Virus record (IMG/VR): IMGVR_UViG_3300044611_002466
Coordinates: 1 to 64,000 of that record
Direction: 5' to 3' (one strand)
Source: a virus
DNA length: 64,000 nt
In this document: piece by piece, positions 9,041 to 20,100 of the stretch
Position numbering within the stretch: position 1 is the stretch's first letter
Layout of the letters: each line of letters starts with the position of its first letter
Position numbers and translations under genes: made by a program
The notes under the pieces: generated by a model
What the model was told of the DNA's origin: nothing
The model's database searches: none
The model's input: only the letters and a program-made list of their open reading frames with translations

Positions 9041-9829
9041 ATGGGGGAAGTCGAGGAGCTCATCAAGCTGCTTGCGGATCCGAAGGCACCGCCCCTCGCC
9101 CTCATGCGAGCGCTCACGCTTCGGTTCGGTGTTGAGTGGTTCTCGTGGGACTATGCCGCGCTGCGCATGACGCTCGAGCGCGAGCTCCATGTGCAGGTCT
9201 CCGCCCAGACGATGAGCAAGATCGCAGGCGGCGCTGCCATCGCGATGAGCGACGCCTTCTGGACCGACTGGGAGCACTTCCACTTCCTCGTCCAGGCCCT
9301 CAACGGGGCGGTGCCTGACCACAAGAACCACCAGGAGCTGTCCGTAGGCATGATGATGCGGGCGGTCCACGTCGCGCAGTCGATCCGAAAGGAGCTCGGA
9401 CGGCTCACGGAGATGGTGCCCTTCTCCGAGGAGGTCTCGCGCTACGTCGCCGCCCAGGCGCTGCAGGCAGGGGTCTGGTACCTGCCGCCTCCCCTGGAGT
9501 TTGCCGCCCACCATGCCAGCGGGCTGAGCTACCGCTGCAAGGACTGCGGCAACGTATCGGCGGTCTTCGTCGACGACGGCCTCTGCGATGTCTGCGTCCA
9601 CCGCTTCGACGTGAGTCAGCTCGGGGCGTGGGCGCCTGACCCAGAGGCGCTCGCCAAGGGCGTCGGCGGCAACATCGAGTTCTTCGAGAAGAACCCGACG
9701 GCCGCTGTCGTGCGCAGGCTCCAGGAGCTACACGACCACCCCGGTCGAACCCTTCAGGAGAGCCAAACGGACATCTGCACCGGGAAGATCCTCGCCGCGG
9801 TAGAGTACGCGCTTCAGGGTCACCCGTAG
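9041..9829 (+). CDS. Hypothetical (probably virion) protein with CxxC pairs
   Basis: 262 aa; CKDC...CDVC; GGTGTAGCG before ATG; between head genes. Confidence 0.7.
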   Translation: MGEVEELIKLLADPKAPPLALMRALTLRFGVEWFSWDYAALRMTLERELHVQVSAQTMSKIAGGAAIAMSDAFWTDWEHFHFLVQALNGAVPDHKNHQELSVGMMMRAVHVAQSIRKELGRLTEMVPFSEEVSRYVAAQALQAGVWYLPPPLEFAAHHASGLSYRCKDCGNVSAVFVDDGLCDVCVHRFDVSQLGAWAPDPEALAKGVGGNIEFFEKNPTAAVVRRLQELHDHPGRTLQESQTDICTGKILAAVEYALQGHP

Positions 9830-9837
9830 GAGCCAGC

Positions 9838-10431
9838 ATGTCAGAGCACCTCATGTACCTCGCCTGCTTTCGCGAGCTGGAGAAGTCCGCCGGGTTCGGT
9901 ACGCGCGCAGCCACATGGGCAGCTGGACACGCCGCGCAGGTGGGTGGTGCTGTGAAGAGCTTCGCCCACGACGTAGGCAGCTCCGCCCTGGGCACGGTGC
10001 GTCCCAGTGCCTGGAAGGCCGGGATTCAGGCCGGAAGGGCGGAGATGAAGAACGGTCCGCTGGCCGCGGGAATGACGGCGCTTGCGGTGCCTCTCACCGC
10101 GGCCGACGTCGTGCACACGATGCGGACGAAGGTGGACCCGGCGACGGGGAGGCAGCTCGGGCTTGGCGAGCGCGCTGCTGTGGCGGCCGGGCATGTGGGG
10201 TCCACGGTCGCTGGGATGCGCTACATGAACATGGCTGGGGGCGGCTTTGTCCGCGGCATCGGTGTTCAGGTAGGCGGCGGCATGATCACCGACGCGGTCA
10301 CCAGCCGGGCCGGGAGGGCAGTCGATAGCCTGGCTGCTCGAAGGTCCCCCAGTGCGGTGGGTGCTCTCGGCGGCTACGCTCACCCCGCGACCGCCGCTGG
10401 CGGGGCGCCAGTCGCCCGCGGAGTCTCATGA
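9838..10431 (+). CDS. Gly/Ala-rich hydrophobic virion protein with KxA site
   Basis: LEKSAG near the N-terminus followed by hydrophobic Gly-rich segments; ATGA overlap with portal. Confidence 0.65.
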   Translation: MSEHLMYLACFRELEKSAGFGTRAATWAAGHAAQVGGAVKSFAHDVGSSALGTVRPSAWKAGIQAGRAEMKNGPLAAGMTALAVPLTAADVVHTMRTKVDPATGRQLGLGERAAVAAGHVGSTVAGMRYMNMAGGGFVRGIGVQVGGGMITDAVTSRAGRAVDSLAARRSPSAVGALGGYAHPATAAGGAPVARGVS

Positions 10432-12521
10432 ACACCTCCACCGATAGTCCTCGTTCCCCTGGACGTACTACCGCCTCTTGGACGAGTCGCGGCTACGGTG
10501 TTCGGTATCCGTCGCCCTTTTTCGACGTCGCACAGCAGTTCCTCCCGGAGAACGTGCACCAGCTGCATCTCTGGTGCCGGTTCTACTTCCTGACGAACCC
10601 GGTCATCAACGTCGCCTGCCAGAAGATGGCGGAGTACCCCGTCACGCCGCTCGTGTGGGAGACCGACGACAGCGAGCTCAAGGCGCTCTACACCAACCTG
10701 GAGGCCCACCTCCGTCTCCGGCAGTTTCAGGTCGAGATCGGGCTCGACTACAACGTCTACGGGAACGCCTTCGCCAGCGTGTTCTTCCAGCTGGAGAAGT
10801 ACCTGGTGTGCAAGAACTGCAGGGAGCGGTACCGTGCGTCGAAGAACCGCAGCAGGTACACGTGGAAGAACGGGCGATTCTTCCTAACCTGTGGCCTATG
10901 CAAGACGCAGGACTACGCCGACCAAGCCGACACCTACCCGCGTAACGTACGCGGGGCCCGTCTCGTACGGTGGAACCCCGAGAACATCGAGATCAAGCAC
11001 AACGAGGTCACCGGCACCAGCCGCTACTACTACCGCCTCCCGCGCAGCGTCACGAACGACGTCCGCCTCGGGGACCCCGAGACGATCGAGACCCTCCCGC
11101 ACCAGTTCCTCGAGGCGGCGCGGACCGGCCGCGTGCTGCTGTTCCACCCCGACAACTTCTTTCACCTCAAGCGCCCGACCATCGCCCAGAAGGATCAAGG
11201 GTGGGGCTCCCCGCTGATCTTCCCGCTCCTAAAAGATGCCTTCTACCTGCAAGTCATGAAGAAGGCGCAGGAGAGCCTGCTGCTTGAGCATGTGGTGCCG
11301 CTGCGGATCGTCTTCCCTGGACCGACCACCGGAGGCAACGACGGGCCTTTCGGTGCGTACAACCTGTCCAACTGGAAGCAGAAGATCGACACCGAGCTGG
11401 CCATGTGGAAGCGGGACCACAACTACATCCCGATCATGCCGATGAACATCGGGTTCCAGCAGATCGGCGGGCAGGCCAAGGCACTCATCCTGCACCAGGA
11501 GTTCCGCATCCACGCAGAGCAGATGCTCGCGGGCGCCGGCATCCCGGTGGAGTTCGTGTACGGCGGACTCCAGTGGAGCTCCTCGAACACCTCACTGCGT
11601 GCGCTGGAGAACACGTTCCTCGGCTACAACATCGAGCGCTTCAACCTCACGCGCTTCGTTGTCGACAAGGTCGCGGCGCACATGGGCTGGAGGACCTGCC
11701 CGTTCCGCTTCGAGAAGTTCCGCATGGCGGACGACCTCCAGCGGGCCATGTTCTACCTCCAGCTCAACCAGGCAGAGAAGGTCTCGGACCAGCGCCTGCT
11801 CGAGGAGGTTGGGGAGGACTGGGAGACCGAGAGCGAGCGCATCACGGGGGAGCGCGCGAAGAAGATCGATGCGCAGCGGAGGACGCAGCTGGCGACGGCC
11901 GAGATCCAAGGAGCCGCCCTGCTCCGAACCTCCCGCTACCAAGCCAAGGCGAACGAGCTGACGATGCTCGCTCAGAACAACGCGCAGATGCAGATCCAGA
12001 GCGACCAAGCCGCCGCCGGCATGGTCGCCGCACCAGGAGCACAGCCTGCAGGTGCGGCGCCCGGCGCAGCTGCTCCGCCCGCAGCAGAGGCGCCCGCCCA
12101 GGGCGACGCGGCCGCTGCGGGGCAAGACGGTGGTGCTCCCCCGCCCGTGGACCCCAACGCGGCGCTCCCAGAGGGCGGCCCTTCCGTGTACGCGGAGAAC
12201 GCGGGAGCTCCAAACGCATCCGCCGCCCCCACGGCGATGGGTGGGCTGGAGTCGCCCCTGCGCGTGGGTCAGGGAGGGATGGACCTTCGGTACATCGCAC
12301 AGCGCGCGGTGGCCTACCTACGCACGGTGGAGAGCCAGAACGGGAAGCAGGCCATGCTTCAGGAGCTCGGCAAGCTCCAGCTGGAGAACCCACCCGTCTA
12401 CCAGCTCGCCGTGCAGCTGCTGAACAACACCGGCGCGGTGGCAGACCCCCTAAACGCGACCACATCGCCCATCACTCCGAGATCCGCCTCGCAGCGGGAT
12501 GCCAGCCGTACCATAGGATGA
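10428..12521 (+). CDS. Portal protein
   Basis: YPSPFF...WCRFYFLTNPVIN.ACQKMAEYPVT N-terminus, WGSPLIFPLLKDAFYLQVMKKAQE helix, coiled-coil and low-complexity tail; 697 aa; head-gene context. Confidence 0.7.
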   Translation: MNTSTDSPRSPGRTTASWTSRGYGVRYPSPFFDVAQQFLPENVHQLHLWCRFYFLTNPVINVACQKMAEYPVTPLVWETDDSELKALYTNLEAHLRLRQFQVEIGLDYNVYGNAFASVFFQLEKYLVCKNCRERYRASKNRSRYTWKNGRFFLTCGLCKTQDYADQADTYPRNVRGARLVRWNPENIEIKHNEVTGTSRYYYRLPRSVTNDVRLGDPETIETLPHQFLEAARTGRVLLFHPDNFFHLKRPTIAQKDQGWGSPLIFPLLKDAFYLQVMKKAQESLLLEHVVPLRIVFPGPTTGGNDGPFGAYNLSNWKQKIDTELAMWKRDHNYIPIMPMNIGFQQIGGQAKALILHQEFRIHAEQMLAGAGIPVEFVYGGLQWSSSNTSLRALENTFLGYNIERFNLTRFVVDKVAAHMGWRTCPFRFEKFRMADDLQRAMFYLQLNQAEKVSDQRLLEEVGEDWETESERITGERAKKIDAQRRTQLATAEIQGAALLRTSRYQAKANELTMLAQNNAQMQIQSDQAAAGMVAAPGAQPAGAAPGAAAPPAAEAPAQGDAAAAGQDGGAPPPVDPNAALPEGGPSVYAENAGAPNASAAPTAMGGLESPLRVGQGGMDLRYIAQRAVAYLRTVESQNGKQAMLQELGKLQLENPPVYQLAVQLLNNTGAVADPLNATTSPITPRSASQRDASRTIG

Positions 12522-12524
12522 CCC

Positions 12525-13373
12525 ATGTTCAAGACCGCCAGTGAGGTGTACGAGACCTACGAGCGCGCCCGTATTGCGTTCGAGAAACAGGCCTACGGGG
12601 AGGCCGAGCACGCGGAGCTGGCGGGCATGGCCTCCAGGGCAGTGGGGAAGGGCGCGCCATCTCCCGCGGTAGCTGGGACGATCCAGAAGGGCGCGCTGAA
12701 GGTCGACCAGGGGATTCGGCATCCCTGGCTGCCGCACACCGACCCCCTACACTCCTTCCCGGGCTCGCAGACCAAGGCCATGGTCGGAAGAAATGTCGTG
12801 CAGAAGCAGGACATGGCAGTCCGCGACATCTCCAAGTCCATCGCTACGCGAGGGTCTCCCCTGTCCGGCGCACGGGCACATCGGGGTCTGATGAATCTGG
12901 GCGAGGGCCACCATCAGATGATGGACATCAGCGCGCACACGGACAAGCCAGCACTGGAGGGCAAAGCCTCTCGCCTGCGCGGAGCCCTGAAGGGGCGCGA
13001 GGTTGGGTACGGTGGCGGTGTGGTCTCAGGGCGCGAGCACGGACACTCCGGGTTGACGCGCGAAGGCACGACGCTGCACGCTGACCTCGATCGTCTGCGC
13101 CCTGACTCGTCTGCTGTGGATCGCCAGGCGATTGCGCGGTCGGAGCGTTTCGGGGCGACCGTGGCTAAAAAAGTGGAGGCGCGCCTGGTCTCGCACCACG
13201 GCATGCACCCGACCGAGGCAGCCGAGCACGCCTCTCACTTCTTCCAGCAGATGCACGCCCCGAGCCGCCCCAGCCAGTTGGTCGGGGAGGCATCGAGGAC
13301 GGCACGCTACTTGGGTGGCGAGGTCTCCCGCGCCGGCTCTGCCGTACGCGGAGTACTCTCTCGCTTGCGCTGA
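12525..13373 (+). CDS. Hypothetical virion protein with KxA motifs
   Basis: Begins MFKTAS...FEKQAY; His/Arg-rich. Confidence 0.65.
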   Translation: MFKTASEVYETYERARIAFEKQAYGEAEHAELAGMASRAVGKGAPSPAVAGTIQKGALKVDQGIRHPWLPHTDPLHSFPGSQTKAMVGRNVVQKQDMAVRDISKSIATRGSPLSGARAHRGLMNLGEGHHQMMDISAHTDKPALEGKASRLRGALKGREVGYGGGVVSGREHGHSGLTREGTTLHADLDRLRPDSSAVDRQAIARSERFGATVAKKVEARLVSHHGMHPTEAAEHASHFFQQMHAPSRPSQLVGEASRTARYLGGEVSRAGSAVRGVLSRLR

Positions 13374-13444
13374 CAAACTGCGCGCGCCGTCTTGATGGGC
13401 GACGTCGTGAAGAACCATAGGAACGTCATGATGTTGTTGAGCAT
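13307..13444 (-). CDS. Small protein, 45 aa (MLNNIMTFLWFFTTSPIKTARAVCQRKRESTPRTAEPARETSPPK)
   Basis: Translated by hand; strong SD (AAGGAGG...GAGGTG) and GTCATAAG directly upstream; overlaps the 3' end of the convergent gene by 67 nt. Confidence 0.55.
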   Translation of the reverse strand: MLNNIMTFLWFFTTSPIKTARAVCQRKRESTPRTAEPARETSPPK

Positions 13445-13459
13445 GTTCACCTCAACCTC

Positions 13460-13467
13460 CTTATGAC
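13460..13467 (-). promoter_or_regulatory. Candidate phage promoter motif GTCATAAG (copy 2)
   Basis: GTCATAAGGAGGTTGAGGTGAACATG. Confidence 0.55.
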
Positions 13468-13481
13468 CGAAACGGACCCCC

Positions 13482-13880
13482 TTACGAGGGGACCGCCAGC
13501 ATCAGGACGGAGCTCGGCGTACCGCACGCGTCGCACTCCCCGTCTTTCCAGTAGGGCTGCACCTTGAACCCCCGAGTGCACGTCGAGCACACCCACACGT
13601 AGTCGGGCGCCCGGTCTTCCAGCTCGCTCAGAAGCAGCTGGCACTTTCCGCAGTCGACGTCTCCGCACATCCCCCCGCGGTTGTACCGTCCGGCTGGCAG
13701 CAGTACTCGCACGCTCCTGGTGCTGCGCTCGAGCAGCACACAGAACGCGAAGAGTCCACCCTCTCCTGGGAGCGTGGGGTCAACGCGCGGCGCCGACCGC
13801 TCCAGGGGCTCGTGCAGCCCTGTCTGGCCCCGAAGTCTTCGTAGAGGTGAGCCCTCGCGGGCTCTACGCGCGGGCACCAT
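13482..13880 (-). CDS. Zn-finger protein (start uncertain; 13670 is an alternative)
   Basis: CGDVDCGKC...CSTC...CDAC in the C-terminal half with strong GC3 bias. Confidence 0.55.
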   Translation of the reverse strand: MVPARRAREGSPLRRLRGQTGLHEPLERSAPRVDPTLPGEGGLFAFCVLLERSTRSVRVLLPAGRYNRGGMCGDVDCGKCQLLLSELEDRAPDYVWVCSTCTRGFKVQPYWKDGECDACGTPSSVLMLAVPS

Positions 13881-13983
13881 CACCCCTCGTCCAGTGGTGG
13901 TGCATCGCCGCCCCGCATTCGACCACGAACCGTGCCGCGCCCGCCACAAAGGCGAACAGCAGCATCCACATCGTCGGACTCAT
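13864..13983 (-). CDS. Possible small membrane peptide, 39 aa (MSPTMWMLLFAFVAGAARFVVECGAAMHHHWTRGDGARA)
   Basis: Hand translation; GGGGA RBS; better GC3 bias than the overlapping frame. Confidence 0.4.
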   Translation of the reverse strand: MSPTMWMLLFAFVAGAARFVVECGAAMHHHWTRGDGARA

Positions 13984-14119
13984 CTACATCCCCGTGTTGG
14001 GTCCCGGTGGGACCAGAAACAGACTGCTCGACCAGCTGCGCGAACTGACACAGCTCGGTCCCCTGACTCGGCCTCGAACGGGGCGCCCTACGACGTCCCG
14101 TGGTAGGTTTGGAGTCCAT
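13880..14119 (-). CDS. Hypothetical protein (3' reading frame ambiguous)
   Basis: GGAGGTG RBS before ATG 14119 and GGCATAAG motif upstream. Confidence 0.45.
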   Translation of the reverse strand: MDSKPTTGRRRAPRSRPSQGTELCQFAQLVEQSVSGPTGTQHGDVDESDDVDAAVRLCGGRGTVRGRMRGGDAPPLDEG

Positions 14120-14135
14120 GTTCACCTCCATCCCC

Positions 14136-14143
14136 CTTATGCC
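14136..14143 (-). promoter_or_regulatory. Candidate phage promoter motif GGCATAAG (copy 3)
   Basis: GGCATAAGGGGGATGGAGGTGAACATG, near-identical architecture to copy 2; divergent from the RNAP gene. Confidence 0.5.
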
Positions 14144-14160
14144 GGATGTGGAGCTCTTCT

Positions 14161-17100
14161 ATGCCGAATCTGAACCCGGAAGCCGCCTTCGAGAGCTTGA
14201 AGGGTCAGGTGGCCGCGACCATCAAGGCGCAGTTCCCCTTCGAGGGGGCGGTGCGTCGGCTTGAGCTTGTCGACGTCGTCTTTGAGGAAAAGTCCGGCAA
14301 CGCAGGAGACCCGCACCACATCGACAACCTCGATGAGCAGCTCAAGGCCAGAACGACCGGGATGACGTGGGGCGTGCCCGTGCGCGGACGCCTGCGGCTC
14401 GTGGACAAGGCCTCCGGACACCTCATCGAGGAGGCGTCGGTCACCTTGGCGAAGCTCCCCAAGATCACCCGCAGGTACTCCTACCTCATCGACGGGCAGG
14501 AGCGGCAGCACGACAGCGTGTTCCGGTCCAAGTCTCGTGCCTACCACCGCATCGCCTCGAACGGCGACGTCCAGGCCCGCTGGAACTTGGCACGCGGGCA
14601 CGGGTTTGACCTGACGTATGACCCCGTGAAGGGGCGCATGATCATGACGATCGGAGACTCCAACATCCCGCTCTACTCCGTGCTGCACATCCTCAACGTA
14701 GGGGATGCCTCGATGGAGCGGGCTTGGGGTCCCGAGGTGTTCCGCGACAACCAGAAGGCCGCGAAGCTCGGGGACGTGGACAAGATCTACACCGCGCTGC
14801 GGCTGCGCATGGCAGACCGCTCTTCCGGCACTCCGGCCCAGCGGGCGGAGAAGATCCGGGAGTACTTCGCGACGGAGACGGAGGTGCTGCCGGACGCGAT
14901 GAAGGCGGCCTTCGGAAGGGAGTACTCCTCGGTCAACGGAGAGAACCTGCTCCTCTCGTCCACCCGCCTCCTGGACATCCAGAAAGGGCGCTCGAAGGAA
15001 GACCCTCCGGCACATGAGCTTCCCGACGACCGACAGGCGCTGTCCGCGAAGTACCTCGCGACCACCGAGGACTTCGTGATCGAGGCCCTCAGGAGCCACG
15101 AAGCGAGCCTTCGGAAGCAGGTACAGGACCGCATCGACAAGCCGGAGTACAGCATCAGCGACATCATGTCGCCGAACTCCTACGGGCGCGTCGTTCTCGC
15201 CCCGTTTCAGCACGCACAGCGCCCGGAGCAGACCAACCCGCTGCAGTTCCTTTCGGGGTACATGCGCACGACCATCCGCGGCAAGGAGTTCGGCGGCGTC
15301 GGCGGCGAGAAGATCAACCTCGACGTCGAGAAGGAGCTGAACCCGACGCACTTGGGGTTCATCGATCCCATCCAGACGCCGGAGGGGGAGGACACGGGCA
15401 TCGCCCTCAACCTCCCCCTCGGGATCTCTGTCACACGCGCGACCGCGCGACCAGGCTCGAAGAGCAGGGGCTCTCCCGGGCAGGAGATCCGGACGAAGGT
15501 CTACGACGTCAAGGCGCGTCAGACGGTGCTGGCGACCCCGGCGGAGCTCGAGCACGCCGTCGTCGCGTACCCGGACCAAGTACGCTGGACCGGCGGCCAT
15601 CCCGCGCCGATCGCGAACGAGGTCGTCTGCTACGACGAGCAGCGCAAGACCTCGAAGCGTCCGTGGGAGAAGGTGCGGTACGTGCTTCCATCTGCGAAGG
15701 CGCTCCTCTCCTTCAGCGCGAATCTGATCCCCTTCTTGCAGAACAACAACGGCAATCGAGCCATGATGGCGGCCAAGCAACAGGAGCAGGCCCTCGCTCT
15801 GGTGCGGCGCGAGGCCCCCCTCGTCCAGGTCAAGACGGACGGGGTCAACACGTTCGAGCAGGTCGTCGGGTCCTTCGTCACGCACACAGCCCCCGCGGCC
15901 GGCGTCGTGAAGCGAGTCGAGCCGGGCGCGGTTCACCTGCAGACCGAGGAAGGCCTCGTCCGCATCCCGATGTACAACCACTTTCCCCTCAACGGAGGGA
16001 AGAACTCCCTCCACTCCATTCCGGTGGTGAAGGCGGGTCAGGCGGTCCAGAAGGGCGAGCTCCTGGCGGACTCGAACTACACCAAGGATGGCGCCCTCGC
16101 GCTCGGCTCGAACCTGCGCGTCGCGTACGTGCCGTGGAAGGGTCTGACCTTCGAGGACGGCATCGTCGTGTCCGAGAGCGCGGCGAAGCGCATGTCCTCG
16201 GACCACATGCACGCGCTGGAGGTCACGGTCTACGCCAGCATGATCGGCGCCACTGAGGGATCGTTGTCCCGCTGGCGTGACTACGCGACCCCGCAGCGGA
16301 GCACCCCGGAGCACATCAGCAATCTGGACGCACGCGGGATCGTGCGGGAGGGCGCCGTTGTGCACAGCGGCGACGTCCTCGTCGCGATTCTTAGCCCCAG
16401 GCAGTCGAGCGAGTCAGACCAAGCAGCCGGCCTCATCCACAAGACACTGGCGAGGTCGTACCGGGACTCGTCCCTCGTCTGGGACCACGACTACTCCGGG
16501 AAGGTGGTCCGGGTGCTGGTCTCCGAGGCCATGAACCGGAAGCACATCACGGTGCACGTCACCACGGAGCAGCCCCTGGTCGTAGGGGACAAGCTGTCAG
16601 GGCGTCACGGCAACAAGGGGATCATCAGCCGCATCGTGCAGGACCACGAGATGCCACACACGGCGGACGGCGTCCCCGCCGACCTGCTGCTGAACCCAGC
16701 TGGCGTGCCGAGCCGTATGAACGTCGGCCAGGTCCTCGAGACTGCGGCGTCCAAGATCGCAGAGAAGACGGGCAAGCCGTACATCGTGGAGAACTTCGTC
16801 CCCGGGGTCGACTACTCGGCGAAGGTGACGGCGGAAATGCAGAAGCACGGGCTGTCGGACACGGAGGAGATGTTCGACCCCGTGACCAAGCGGTCCATCG
16901 GCCAGATCATGGTCGGGAAGCAGTACATGCTCAAGCTCCACCACCAGGTGGAGAAGAAGGCAACCGCGCGCTCGATGGAGAGCGGGTACACGCACACCGG
17001 CGAGGCGCCGAAGGGGTCCGGCATCCCCGGCGGCGGCCAGAAGATGGACATGTTGACGACGTACGCGATGCTCGCGCACGGAGCCAACCACAACCTCCGG

Positions 17101-20100
17101 GAGGCGTACACCTTCAAGAGCGACGGCGACCAGAACGCCGCCTGGGCCGCTGTGATCACGGGCAACCCGCTGCCCCCGCCGCAGCCCACTCGCGGGATGA
17201 GCCATTTCCAGAACTACCTTCGGGCGCTCGGCGTGAATGTCGAGAAGCGGAAGGACGACTACCAGCTCTCGCCCCTGACGGACATGCACCTGCTGGGCGA
17301 CGCGAAGCGAGGCCTGCGCGGGATCTCGAACGGCGAGATCAAGCTGCCCGAGAAGCTCAGCGTGGCGCGCGGGGCGCGCACCGTCGAGGAGCACGGCGGC
17401 TTGTTCGACCCTCGCGTCACCGGCGGCCTCCAGGGCAAGTTCTGGAGCCACGTGGAGTTGGCGGAGCGCATGCCGAGCCCACTCTTCGAGCCCGCGATCC
17501 AGACGTTGACCGGCCTGACCAAGAAGCAGTTCGACGCCATGGTGGGCGAGAAGGGCCTCGTAGACGGCAAGTCCGGGTTCCACACCATCATCGAACGGCT
17601 GGGGGCCATCAACGTCGACGAGGAGTTGAAGAAGGCCCAAGCCGAGGTCGGGAAGTCCGGCCGCGCGACGCTGAACCGCGCGATGAAGAAGGTGCGGTAC
17701 CTCGAAGCCCTCAAGGCGAACGGGCTGACGCCGCTCGAGGCGTACACCAACAAGTACCTACCGGTGCTACCCCCCTCTGTTCGACGGGTGTCGGTGGGCC
17801 TCGACGGGACCCAGGTCGTGGACGACCGGAATCCGCTGTACCTGGGCGTGGGACACGCCAACGGAATCCTGAAGGAGGCGAAGCCGTCGACGCCCCACGA
17901 GGACCTCCAGAAGGCGCGGGCGTCGCTCTACAGCAGCATCCGCTCGCTGCGGATGACCGGCATGACGACCAGCCCGGGGTCCGGAAAGCCGCGGCACATG
18001 CAGGGTCTGATGGAGCTCCTGTCAGGTAAGACCGAGGATCACGGAGCCCCCAAGGAGAGCTTCTTCCAAGAGGGGGTCCTTGCCCGGCGCCAGGACCTGT
18101 CGGGTCGGTCGACGATCGTACCCGAGCCGGCGCTCGGGCTTGACCAAGTCGGCGTGCCCCGTCAGATCGCTATGGAGATGTACAAGCCCTTCGTGGTGCG
18201 CGAGCTCGTGCGCGGCGGCAAGACCCCCATCGAGGCGTTGAAGTGGGCGAAGGAGAAGAAGGATCACCCGCAGGTGATGGACGCGCTCGAGCGGGCCGTG
18301 GCGGAGCGGCCGGTCTTCCTGAAGCGGGACCCGTCTCTGCACAAGTTCTCCATCATGGCCTTCCACCCGAAGATCGTAGAAGGCAGTGCTATCAAGATCC
18401 ATCCGCTGGTAACCGGGGGATTCAACGCCGACTTTGACGGGGACTGCTACTACGGTCAGGTCCTTGTTGACACCGAAGAGGGGGTGGATTACCACGAGGG
18501 CATGCCTCACTACCTCCGCGTGCCCGGCCAGAAGGTCATCCACATCCGCGACTTCCCCCGCATCGAGAGCACGCGCGTGGAGAAGGCATCCGGCGTCGTC
18601 GAGTACGACGTCCCCGCCGGCGTACGCGTTCCCGCGTGCTTCAGGGACGGCAACAGGCCCTGCATCGAGTCGTTCGAGGTGACGAAGTTCTCCGAGCACC
18701 CGGACTGCGAAGAGTGGGTGGTGAAGACGCGTGCCGGGCGCGAACTGCTCGTCTCCGAGGACCACAGCCTCGCGCTGCTGGACCCGGAGACTCTGGAGGT
18801 GTCCAAGGCTCCCGCGCGCGAGGCCGTAGGACAGTGCCTCCCGACTATGTTCCGCAGTGATGACGGAGAGGCGGCGGTTTACGACCTGCGCGAGTACCGA
18901 GGACCCAAGAGCAATCCGCTCCTGGACGTCGTCGAGGTCGGCAGGGAGGTCGCCTGGATGCTGGGCGTACTCGTCGGAGATGGCTGGGTGACACAGAAGA
19001 CGCCCGCCGTGGCGACCGTGAGCCTCTCGTTCGGAGACGATGGCGCGGACGTCGCGGTGGCATGGGAGGCGGCGGCCAGCAGGATCGCAGACGGCGCAGT
19101 CGGCTACACAGAGCTCCCGCACGAGTTCGAGGGCAAGAACTACACGTCGCACCGGTTGACGCTGAGCAACACTGGCTTCGCCAAGTGGATCGCGCCGATG
19201 ATCGGGCACAGCGCTCGTGGAAAGCACCTGCCCGAGGGCTACCTGCACTGGAATCGAGAGTCCCGGCGCGGGCTGTTCTGCGGGCTGCTGGACACGGACG
19301 GCTCTGTGAACTGGGCCGCCAGTGGGCGATTCTCCTGCTCCTTCACGACGACGTCGCAGCGCCTCGCGGAGGAGGTGCGTCTACTCGGCCTCACGCTGGG
19401 ACTCGCGGCTACGTTCACGGAGTTCGAGAACCGAGACCAACCTGCGTACATCCTGACGTTCTCGGTCAGCCAGGTGCAAGAGGCACGGTGGCTGAAGCTC
19501 GTGTCGGCGCGCAAGCAGGCTGCGCTCAGCAAGCTGCACAACGGTACTCGTCGCGCGCGCGGGCACACGGACTTCGTCCCGCTGCCCCCGAGAGCACGCG
19601 AAGAGCTGCTCGACCTGCTGCGGCAGGTCGGTGCGACCCGACGCGCGCCGAACAAGAACAAGCCTGCCTTCTCGCTGTACGTGGTCCTGAAGCGCGGGGA
19701 ACCCACGCTGTCCCGCGAGGCGTACGAGAGCCTGTGGTCGGTCCTCGATCCGACGCTCGACTACTCGGAGTACCTCAAGCGGTGGGTTTCCGTGTGCAAC
19801 GCCCCTGTGAGCTGGGACCTCGTCGAGTCCGCTGAGTTCACCGGCAAGCGCCGCACGATGTACGACATCACGGTGCCCGGTGCATGGACGTTCGCTACGG
19901 CAGACGGCGCCATCGTCTGGGACACGATGGCCCTCTACGTCCCGGTGTCCGCCGAGGCGGTGGAGGAGGCGCACAAGATGCTCCCCTCGAAGAACCTGTT
20001 CTCGCCCACCCACTTCGGTCTTCTTCCCGTCCCCGGCCAGGACTCTCTCCTGGGCATCTTCCAGGCGACGAAGTGGGGCACCGAGGTGAAGGTGCCAGAG

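Noticed and set aside
13640-13770. Cys-rich 43-aa alternative frame (VDSSRSVCCSS...)
   Set aside because: SD spacing is only about 3 nt, codon bias is poor, and it overlaps the better-supported Zn-finger frame
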